Shown: one piece after another, positions 1 through 6,861 of the stretch
How the letters are laid out: each line of letters begins with the position of its first letter
Numbering within the stretch: the first letter of the stretch is position 1
Virus genome (UHGV): UHGV-0123062
Length of the DNA stretch: 36,434 bases
DNA from: a virus
Reading direction: 5' to 3' (one strand)
Notes under the pieces: model-generated
What the model was told of the DNA's origin: nothing
The model's database searches: none
Seen by the model: only the letters and a program-made list of their open reading frames with translations
Position numbers and translations under genes: made by a program

Positions 1-49
1 TTTCAACGAATAAGCCAAAACAGGGGGAACAAATTAACACAAATTATAA

Positions 50-1042
50 CTAATCGATGGACAGTTTATGGACACTTTCAGCCAGCGGATTAAAGTTGAT
101 CGCGTCCAGTAAAAAGTCCGGCGAAAAATGAGCGTACGTCATTGTTTGCTGAATCGTTGCGTGCCCCAGGATTCGTTGCAACGTAACAATATTTCCGCCA
201 TTCATCATAAAGTGTGTGGCAAATGTATGACGCATGACATGCGTAGCCTGCCCCTTCGGCAAATCCGGTTTCACCTCCTGAAGAATCTCCCGGAACTTCA
301 GATAATCAACCTGATACAATAACCCCGTTCGACGGGTTTTAATCAGAGGCACGACCGAATCCGCCACAGGAACCGAACGGGATTTTCCGTTTTTGGTGTT
401 AAAGAACGTCACCCGGTTGCCAACGATATGCTCTCCACGTAGTTCCGATGCTTCACTCCATCGGGCACCAGTAGAAAGACACAGAATGGCAACACGACGC
501 GCATCACCCTCCAGTCGCTCAAGAAGCCGTTCAATCTCATCATCAGAAAGAAAGGCCATCTCTGTGTTCTGAACTTTCAGTTTTCGTATACCGCGTACAG
601 GGTTCGCGTTGTGAAAGACCTCAGCTTCAATCAGCACCGTGAACATGGTAGACAGTACGCATAAGTCACGATTAATACTGGACGGCATTAATCCGGCCTG
701 TAATTTCTCTGACCGATATTCAAGCATAAATTTTCGCGTCATCTGACTGGCGCGAGGATCTCCCATTTCACGAACAACCTTCCCTAGCCTAACCCTGTAG
801 CTATCCCCGTAAGCCTGATTACGCCCATCAAGCATCCACCACGCATCAAGCAGCTCTGATAATCGCCGCTGATCAGCTGGCTTAGCCTGCCATGGCTTGT
901 CATGAAAGTTCTGTAACACATACTTCTCAAACTCCTGAGCCTTTGATTTCAGGGCAAAGATTTTTCGAATCCGCTTTCCTTCCGCCCCCTGCGGTCTGAC
1001 ATCGACCTGATAACGTCCGTCTTTGAGTTGCTTAATCGACAT
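50..1042 (-). CDS. int: Tyrosine integrase (P2 Int-like)
   Basis: ORF 50..1057 trimmed to ATG at 1042 preceded by GGAGGGG RBS; C-terminal R..HxxR (HVMRHTFATH) and catalytic Tyr context (QQTMTYAHF) typical of tyrosine recombinases; position at prophage end. Confidence 0.9.
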   Translation of the reverse strand: MSIKQLKDGRYQVDVRPQGAEGKRIRKIFALKSKAQEFEKYVLQNFHDKPWQAKPADQRRLSELLDAWWMLDGRNQAYGDSYRVRLGKVVREMGDPRASQMTRKFMLEYRSEKLQAGLMPSSINRDLCVLSTMFTVLIEAEVFHNANPVRGIRKLKVQNTEMAFLSDDEIERLLERLEGDARRVAILCLSTGARWSEASELRGEHIVGNRVTFFNTKNGKSRSVPVADSVVPLIKTRRTGLLYQVDYLKFREILQEVKPDLPKGQATHVMRHTFATHFMMNGGNIVTLQRILGHATIQQTMTYAHFSPDFLLDAINFNPLAESVHKLSID

Positions 1043-1111
1043 GATTAGCCCCTCCAACGGATAAATTAACTAAACACTCCTTGCGATATGTAATTCGCTC
1101 AATGTGTAGAG

Positions 1112-1453
1112 TCAGCCAACATTGCGGCCTGATCGGGGTGATTTTTGGGTAATACCGATTGAAACCTGATCGCCCTCCGACTGAATAGATCCATCAAGAG
1201 AGAGAGCCGGAGCAATCTGCCCGGCGACAGGTAGCGTCTTATCTTTTATTAGCCACAGCATGTATTTTTCAAAGCGATCGACTTGCAGAACCGCCTCAAC
1301 GATTTTTGCTCTAGCGTTCTTTTGCCCCGATTCGTAATTCCTTATGGTTGCCAAAGACAACCCAGTAATATCCGCAAACTGCTTTTGTGTTAACCCTTCC
1401 GCCTTACGTATCTGACGTAACTTTTTTGCGTAGTCTATTGACAAGATAACCAT
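1112..1453 (-). CDS. Immunity repressor, HTH (P2 C-like)
   Basis: 113-aa ORF with helix-turn-helix (LTQKQFADITGLSLATIRNYESG); lies between int and the divergent cox-like gene; start taken at ATG 1453 rather than the TTG at 1507. Confidence 0.7.
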   Translation of the reverse strand: MVILSIDYAKKLRQIRKAEGLTQKQFADITGLSLATIRNYESGQKNARAKIVEAVLQVDRFEKYMLWLIKDKTLPVAGQIAPALSLDGSIQSEGDQVSIGITQKSPRSGRNVG

Positions 1454-1474
1454 TTGAGTATTAACCTCTCGCAC

Positions 1475-1498
1475 AAAGATAACCTTTTGGTTATCTTT
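1475..1498. promoter_or_regulatory. Perfect 24-bp palindrome AAAGATAACC-TTTT-GGTTATCTTT in the C/cox intergenic region; putative operator
   Basis: Seen directly; an extra half-site AAGATAACC at 1443..1451 overlaps the repressor start codon. Confidence 0.5.
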
Positions 1499-1557
1499 AC
1501 AAGCCAAAACAAACCATCACAAGGCGCGACAAGCGCACCAACGCAAGAGGATAACAA

Positions 1558-2079
1558 ATGCGGGACTTCATTGCCGATAAAGAGTTATCTGACCACCAAC
1601 CACTTCAGGAAAGTGACGCACTCAGCGGATCCATTGATGCCGCCAACGACGACGAGCACGAAGAAAACAAGAAAAAGCGTTCCTACAAAAAAGGAGCGAC
1701 TTTGCGGCTGGATGGTCCGATCGCCGGGCTTTGCTCTCTGGAAAAAGGCGCGGCATATATTGGGCTAACAAAATCTGCACTGCGCGTAGCCATTCATCGC
1801 GGTCAAATGCCGGGACACAAGACGCGCACAAACCCGGAAGATGAAAACTCAGACGGAGTATGGTGGTTTAACGCCAAAGAGTGGGACAAGTTGGCTGATG
1901 AGCTACCAGAGCACGAGCCCCCAGAATGGCACAACTGGAAAAGTTACTGGACGTATGACCGCCAGAAAAGGAAGTTCTCTCCAGCTAATAAAGAAGACTG
2001 CCAGACCATTAACGGTAAGCGAGTTTATACAGGCAGAAGCTCAAAACTGGACCAACTCAGAAACAACAGAGGCAACTAA
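1558..2079 (+). CDS. Cox-like excisionase/early regulator with long acidic N-terminal extension
   Basis: ATG 1558 with AGAGGA RBS; HTH-like segment (AAYIGLTKSALRVAIHRGQMP) and a GVWWFNAKEW segment resembling the P2 Cox C-terminal part (recalled from memory, not aligned); divergent from the repressor. Confidence 0.5.
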   Translation: MRDFIADKELSDHQPLQESDALSGSIDAANDDEHEENKKKRSYKKGATLRLDGPIAGLCSLEKGAAYIGLTKSALRVAIHRGQMPGHKTRTNPEDENSDGVWWFNAKEWDKLADELPEHEPPEWHNWKSYWTYDRQKRKFSPANKEDCQTINGKRVYTGRSSKLDQLRNNRGN

Positions 2080-2083
2080 TCGT

Positions 2084-2506
2084 ATGAAAACAAACACGTC
2101 AGATTTCACAATAACTATTTCAAAAAATGACCAAGCATTAATTGATAACCTGAAATACCTTGCGGAAAAACATAATAACGGACGAATTGCAATTAATTTA
2201 CGACACATCACAGGAGTAACAATTGTAACCAGTTACTGGCATCTATATCTAATCGCTAAATCAGTACTTGAAAACAAAGATTCTGTTGTCAATGGAAGAG
2301 ATATAGATACTCTTCCTGCACAAATCAAACCGATAGCCTATCAATTGCGTAATCGTTTTAAAAATGAAGGTGGGATTATATTTGACTTTCCCGCAGCTGT
2401 AGCCGTGAGCTTCTCTCGGGGGGATATACTTCACTCATTTCGTTTTGCTCTATCAGGTGACGAGACATTATGGCAGCTAGAAGATGCCGGGAGCAGCCCG
2501 GCATAA
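2084..2506 (+). CDS. Hypothetical protein, AT-rich accessory gene
   Basis: In-frame ATG at 2084 just after the cox-like stop (2077..2079); strongly AT-rich compared with flanking phage genes; the listed ORF 1841..2506 is an upstream extension overlapping the cox-like gene. Confidence 0.5.
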   Translation: MKTNTSDFTITISKNDQALIDNLKYLAEKHNNGRIAINLRHITGVTIVTSYWHLYLIAKSVLENKDSVVNGRDIDTLPAQIKPIAYQLRNRFKNEGGIIFDFPAAVAVSFSRGDILHSFRFALSGDETLWQLEDAGSSPA

Positions 2507-2512
2507 ATCAAA

Positions 2513-2704
2513 TTAAAAATCAACCAGTTGTGTGACAGGTGGGTATTTACGCTGAATTTTGTCAGTTACTAACGCCAGTAATATATGAATCTCTGTGTTT
2601 AATGCGTCTTTATCACCCGTCGTTTTTACCCTGGGAGGGTTAATGTTATCCAGAGCAGCACTAAGTTCACTCAACAAATTAACAACTTTTTTATCTTCTG
2701 ACAT
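2513..2704 (-). CDS. Hypothetical small protein (63 aa), convergent with 2084..2506
   Basis: AT-rich ORF on the minus strand, 7 bp from the stop of the upstream gene. Confidence 0.35.
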   Translation of the reverse strand: MSEDKKVVNLLSELSAALDNINPPRVKTTGDKDALNTEIHILLALVTDKIQRKYPPVTQLVDF

Positions 2705-2841
2705 GAAAACCTCTTAACAATTTAATTAAACATAAGCCAGGACCTGAACCGGCCAGTCCAAGTCCTAGACACACAAAAAAAATACCACAAATCAATACAA
2801 GGTGACACGAGTACACCTTACCGAAGGTACAGAGTTTTAAT

Positions 2842-3192
2842 ATGAAACTACAGCGCAATTCTTCACAGCAGCGCTTCCGCAACGGTGCGGAACGCCATGC
2901 TAACCGTTTCGCTACCAGTGCATCACGTAGCAACTCTCGCTACAGCCTGAGCGAAACACACGCAACGCCGGATGGCTACCCAGTAAAACAAATTGGTGAA
3001 CACACTTGGCTGATTGAAAAAGCAGGAATCGTGGTTCACAGATGCCAGCGCAACCCATTTACCGGAAACCGCATTTTTGCACTGAGCAACGGCGACAATC
3101 AGTTCGGGCAGGATTTCACATTGTACGAAGCACTTCGCACAGTTGATCGTCTGCTTCGCGGACAAAGTTTTATTAAACAGGCTGATTTATAA
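2842..3192 (+). CDS. Hypothetical early-region protein
   Basis: 116-aa ORF, co-directional with the early operon. Confidence 0.45.
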   Translation: MKLQRNSSQQRFRNGAERHANRFATSASRSNSRYSLSETHATPDGYPVKQIGEHTWLIEKAGIVVHRCQRNPFTGNRIFALSNGDNQFGQDFTLYEALRTVDRLLRGQSFIKQADL

Positions 3193-3202
3193 CAGGTGCT
3201 TT

Positions 3203-3481
3203 ATGACCAAAGAGCATGCACAAGGTGTATTTATTCGTTTTATTGATTTTCGCGGTGAACTGTTATTACGCGCATCAGCTATTGATGGAGTCGTTCCATC
3301 CGAAAAAAATGCAGCTACTTACGTTTATCTGAACGGCACGCGCCTGACCGTAGAACTTCCGTACCAGACTGTACACGAAATCATTAGCGAAGCGGAAAAA
3401 GCACGTAAGACTAATGGCGATGAACCCTATATCGAAATTATTTGTATGGATTCAGAAGCAGAAATTCAGAAAGCAGATTAA
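3203..3481 (+). CDS. Hypothetical early-region protein
   Basis: ATG at 3203 inside listed ORF 3143..3481; co-directional packing. Confidence 0.45.
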   Translation: MTKEHAQGVFIRFIDFRGELLLRASAIDGVVPSEKNAATYVYLNGTRLTVELPYQTVHEIISEAEKARKTNGDEPYIEIICMDSEAEIQKAD

Positions 3482-3492
3482 AGGGCGTTGCG

Positions 3493-3735
3493 ATGGGCAA
3501 AGAATATAAAACTCTCATTAACAAAGCACTTGAGCGTTTTTATTTTCGCTTAAGTGCATCAGGCGCTCATGCTGAACGTGCAGCCCGTGACTCATTGACC
3601 AGGGCAATCCGGAGTCTGTATGACGTGGCTTTTTACGCTGATGATCTGGATGCACTTAACGAACTTTCCGAGCTGATCTGTGCCGCAGAATGCGGGGAAC
3701 ATATTGAACCGTATAAGCTGGGGAATATCGCATGA
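3493..3735 (+). CDS. Hypothetical early-region protein
   Basis: ATG at 3493 with AAGGG RBS, inside listed ORF 3442..3735. Confidence 0.45.
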   Translation: MGKEYKTLINKALERFYFRLSASGAHAERAARDSLTRAIRSLYDVAFYADDLDALNELSELICAAECGEHIEPYKLGNIA

Positions 3736-3845
3736 GTATATTTATCTCATGGCTTGTTCTGATTATTTCGGTGGCCTGCGCTATTGGAATTATGCGAATT
3801 ATTCATTCAGTAAAAAAGATTGAACGTTTTTTCACTGGTGAATAA
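3732..3845 (+). CDS. Putative small hydrophobic protein (37 aa)
   Basis: ATGA overlap with the upstream stop (translational coupling); predicted product MSIFISWLVLIISVACAIGIMRIIHSVKKIERFFTGE has a single TM-like segment; below the ORF-track size cutoff. Confidence 0.3.
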   Translation: MSIFISWLVLIISVACAIGIMRIIHSVKKIERFFTGE

Positions 3846-3938
3846 CGATACAAATAAAACATCAAATTAAATAAGAAAACGTGAAAACCATCCGTATTAA
3901 CGGAGGTATTCGCACACGCAAATAACGGAGATACAAAA

Positions 3939-4349
3939 ATGCACGCAAAAGAAGAAGGTATCATCATAGCACTGAAAGAAATTTCAAAGACAGAAAACGA
4001 AGTAGCGAAAAAAGCCATAGCAAATAATCATATGGACGTCGCAACCCACACACTGATAGTCGCAAGAGTCACGGCAGAAGCAGCCGAAATTATCGCAAAA
4101 CAGGATGCTGAACTGGCGGTTCTCAGAACACAACCCGTCACCGGACTGGATTTGTCTAACACCGGACGCCTTATTTACACAATTGGCTCGGAGCTACAGC
4201 GATACACCATTATCGCCGGGTTACAGGATAAATACCTGATCACTCCTCACCCCATAAGGGAATCAGAAATTCTGACAAATCTCCGCCTGATAGAGCGCTC
4301 TCAAGTCGCATTCATTGATGACGCACAGTGCACCGTATTTAACGCATAG
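3939..4349 (+). CDS. Hypothetical early-region protein
   Basis: 136-aa ORF with GGAG RBS; preceded by an AT-rich intergenic stretch. Confidence 0.5.
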   Translation: MHAKEEGIIIALKEISKTENEVAKKAIANNHMDVATHTLIVARVTAEAAEIIAKQDAELAVLRTQPVTGLDLSNTGRLIYTIGSELQRYTIIAGLQDKYLITPHPIRESEILTNLRLIERSQVAFIDDAQCTVFNA

Positions 4350-4372
4350 GGTTACTGGGCAAAGGGGGCGCA

Positions 4373-4576
4373 ATGGCAATTAAGCATTTTCCCGTCGTTC
4401 GCTTTACCTCCAGAGGGCGCGAATACGAGGTCGACGAACGCCTGATTACCACTATCGACAAACATCGTTCGGAAAAGGATGCACACCACATCTACCTCAC
4501 TGACGGCACTTACTTCTGCGCCACTAATGTGGCGCGGGTAAACCTTATCCGACAGGTACAGGAGCAGCGTAAATGA
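4373..4576 (+). CDS. Hypothetical protein, first gene of a four-gene coupled operon
   Basis: AAAGGGGG RBS; its stop overlaps the next start (ATGA). Confidence 0.55.
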   Translation: MAIKHFPVVRFTSRGREYEVDERLITTIDKHRSEKDAHHIYLTDGTYFCATNVARVNLIRQVQEQRK

Positions 4577-4791
4577 GCAGAAGGCGAATCACACGCAGGC
4601 ATCGCCGCACACACATGAATTCCTTACCGACGCTGAAAGAACTCATTCAACACGAGATCGCTGATTTCTGCGCAACGCTGGGGTCGCCTGGTGAACCGGA
4701 AACACCAGAAGCGATGCAGCGCGAACTCATGATGCGCATCGATAACGTTTTTGACTTTTTCCTGAATAACAAAAGAGAGCAATCAACATGA
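4573..4791 (+). CDS. Hypothetical protein with Arg-rich N-terminus, operon gene 2
   Basis: ATGA start/stop overlaps on both sides; N-terminus MSRRRITRRHRRTH. Confidence 0.5.
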   Translation: MSRRRITRRHRRTHMNSLPTLKELIQHEIADFCATLGSPGEPETPEAMQRELMMRIDNVFDFFLNNKREQST

Positions 4792-4991
4792 ACAAAAAGA
4801 CCTGGTTTCGCGCATACATGTGGGCGCTGGTATGCGTCCTCGTCTCTTTCATTCTGTATGCAGGACTACTCCCCCGAATGATTTCATCAGACAGCTCCTT
4901 CCTGGTATTGCTGGGCATTTTCATTGCCATGCTGTACCCGGCAGGCGTTGTTCGCCTTTTCAGTAAGTACATCAAGGAAATCAAGCAATGA
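4788..4991 (+). CDS. Small integral membrane protein (two predicted TM helices), operon gene 3
   Basis: Hydrophobic segments WALVCVLVSFILYAGLL and FLVLLGIFIAMLYPAGVV; ATGA coupling on both sides. Confidence 0.55.
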   Translation: MNKKTWFRAYMWALVCVLVSFILYAGLLPRMISSDSSFLVLLGIFIAMLYPAGVVRLFSKYIKEIKQ

Positions 4992-5818
4992 AGAAATTCA
5001 AACTCTTTCAGATTCTCCCGCTTTTTGCCGCCATCCTGCTGGTTGGTTGCGATCGCGTTGAGCCAGGTAATGTGGGAATCAAAGTCAACAAACTGGGCGA
5101 CGACAAAGGCGTCGGCGAAGTAGTTGGCGTTGGCCGCTACTGGACAGGCTGGAATACAGAGGTTTACATCTTCCCGACTTTCAAACAAATGAAGACTTAC
5201 GATGAGCCGTTCAACTTCCAGATGAGTGACGGCACAACCATCGGCTATCACATCGGCGTGGCCTACAAAGTTGATCCATCCAAAGTTACCACGGTGTTTC
5301 AGACCTACCGCAAAGGCGTGGACGACATTACCGACACTGACCTGCGCCAGAAGATCGCCGACGCACTCAACCGACTGGCCAGCAAAATGACCACCGATAA
5401 ATTTATCGACGGTGGCAAGTCTGAACTGCTGGATTCAGCACTTAAAGACATTCAGGCAGAAATGACACCTATCGGCATTCAGGTAATGAGCCTCTCTTAT
5501 GTGGGTAAGCCGGAATACCCACCAACCGTTATCGACAGCATTAATGCCAAAGTCACGGCAAACCAGAAAACCCTGCAACGTGAACAGGAAGTCAAGCAAC
5601 GCGAAGCTGAAGCCAACATGCTGCGCGCAGAAGCTGCCGGACAAGCCGATGCCATTCGCACAAAAGCCCAGGCTGAAGCCGACGCCATTCGTTTACGCGG
5701 TGAAGCTCTGCGCCAGAATCCCGGCGTTATGGAGCTGGAAGCAATCAACAAATGGAACGGCACGCTGCCGCAATACATGACCAGCAACACCGCTGTTCCG
5801 TTTGTTCCGGTGAAGTAA
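4988..5818 (+). CDS. SPFH/band-7 (stomatin/prohibitin-like) lipoprotein
   Basis: Lipoprotein signal with lipobox (LLVGC); central region consistent with an SPFH domain; C-terminal Ala/Glu/Arg-rich coiled-coil-like segment (REAEANMLRAEAAGQADAIRTKAQAEADAIRLRGEALR). Confidence 0.65.
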   Translation: MKKFKLFQILPLFAAILLVGCDRVEPGNVGIKVNKLGDDKGVGEVVGVGRYWTGWNTEVYIFPTFKQMKTYDEPFNFQMSDGTTIGYHIGVAYKVDPSKVTTVFQTYRKGVDDITDTDLRQKIADALNRLASKMTTDKFIDGGKSELLDSALKDIQAEMTPIGIQVMSLSYVGKPEYPPTVIDSINAKVTANQKTLQREQEVKQREAEANMLRAEAAGQADAIRTKAQAEADAIRLRGEALRQNPGVMELEAINKWNGTLPQYMTSNTAVPFVPVK

Positions 5819-5824
5819 TTAAAC

Positions 5825-5869
5825 CCGGCCAGTGAAAATCGCTGGCCGGAGCAGTATCAGGATTTTTTT
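5825..5869 (+). terminator. Hairpin CCGGCCAG-N9-CTGGCCGG followed at a distance by a T7 run
   Basis: Seen directly downstream of the SPFH gene; the T-run is about 14 nt from the stem, so not a textbook intrinsic terminator. Confidence 0.4.
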
Positions 5870-5885
5870 AGTATGCCGTTCTCAC

Positions 5886-6120
5886 AAAAAAACCGCTTGC
5901 CATGCCGCAATCAGTCAGGTTACATTTTCGCTGCACCTCATAAAACGGGTGCCGGGTTTCGCAGCCTGCTGACAACCAAAGCGCACAACCGCGCCAGCGG
6001 TTTTTTTGTGCGTACTGTATTGCCACGTTTTTTTCGCGTCAGAATTATGGCGGGGCGTACGGGGCCGACTTCGGTCGGGCCGGGTTCTTTGGTTGCCGGT
6101 ACTGCGAACCCCGTACGTCT
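5886..6120 (+). ncRNA. Structured non-coding region; candidate small RNA or regulatory element
   Basis: No credible ORF; 11-bp inverted repeat AAAAAAACCGC (5886..5896) / GCGGTTTTTTT (5997..6007); terminator-like ACCGC-gcca-GCGGT plus U7 at 5988..6007; GCCGAC-TTCG-GTCGG hairpin enclosed by a 9-bp long-range stem CGTACGGGG (6056..6064) / CCCCGTACG (6110..6118). Confidence 0.3.
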
Positions 6121-6186
6121 CGCCACCCACAGTTTCGCAGCTCTGGATGGTGAGTTTTCAAAACTTACAACCAAAGAGGCCACACC

Positions 6187-6417
6187 ATGGCAAACCGCAA
6201 ACAGCACCGCGCTATCGCGGAGCGTCGTCACATCCAGACTGAAATCAACCGCAGACTTTCCCGCGCATTCCGCGTCGCTAAAATCATGCACATCAATATG
6301 CTGCATGAGCGTAGCTGCGAACTTTCAAACCTCTACTCATCCGCTGTTTTCAGCTATCTGGCGGATGATCTGCGCGAGCTTCAACAGCTCATCCAGCAGC
6401 AAAACAAACTCCATTAA
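6187..6417 (+). CDS. Hypothetical small basic protein upstream of A
   Basis: 76-aa ORF with AGAGG RBS. Confidence 0.5.
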   Translation: MANRKQHRAIAERRHIQTEINRRLSRAFRVAKIMHINMLHERSCELSNLYSSAVFSYLADDLRELQQLIQQQNKLH

Positions 6418-6489
6418 TTCCTGTTCCGGGCCTTTCCTGCACCTTGCGGCGGGAGGCCTTCGTACATCTGTAACAAGAGGATTGCCGCA

Positions 6490-6855
6490 ATGATTCTCGC
6501 CAACGACTTTCTTGAATACCTGCTCAACACAGAGCGTGATCTTGCCGTTCGCGTGCGTGAACGTTATGACATGTACCTGAAATCCCTGCCTGTACCGCAG
6601 CTCGCTGACGGAAAGATTGTTATTGATGGTCGCTACATGATTGACAGCCACGAGGGAAATTACAGGCTTTACCGCATTGAAGGTGGCACTCCGTCCGTTA
6701 TTGGCATTTACCAGCGCCCATCCTCTGCAATCGTCGATGTGATTGCCGACAGCATCCGCATCACACATCGCCATGCCGACACAGAAGACACCGTGCTGGA
6801 AATTCAGCGGCTGGCTGCCGTTTGCCGTGACACCCTGAACGGTATGACGCAGTAA
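6490..6855 (+). CDS. Hypothetical protein immediately upstream of A
   Basis: 121-aa ORF with AGAGGA RBS; tightly packed before A. Confidence 0.55.
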   Translation: MILANDFLEYLLNTERDLAVRVRERYDMYLKSLPVPQLADGKIVIDGRYMIDSHEGNYRLYRIEGGTPSVIGIYQRPSSAIVDVIADSIRITHRHADTEDTVLEIQRLAAVCRDTLNGMTQ

Positions 6856-6861
6856 ATCAGT

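Noticed and set aside
1-49. attL core left of int, and a matching attR after ogr (36054..36243)
   Set aside because: No direct repeat of 10 bp or more shared between the two ends could be found by eye; the att core may lie outside the window or be too short to recognise without alignment, so no att features were called.
1841-2083. Upstream extension of the 2084..2506 gene (listed ORF 1841..2506)
   Set aside because: The extension overlaps the cox-like gene in another frame; the in-frame ATG at 2084 directly follows the cox-like stop and coincides with the composition shift to AT-rich DNA.
6050-6120. Possible tRNA-like cloverleaf
   Set aside because: Only about 63 nt between the outer stem arms, no canonical T-loop or anticodon-arm geometry; kept only as a generic structured element.
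5873-6493. 206-aa plus-strand ORF spanning the structured intergenic region
   Set aside because: Runs through hairpin and terminator sequences and overlaps the 6187..6417 gene in another frame; Ser/Thr/Arg-rich with no RBS; the region looks non-coding.
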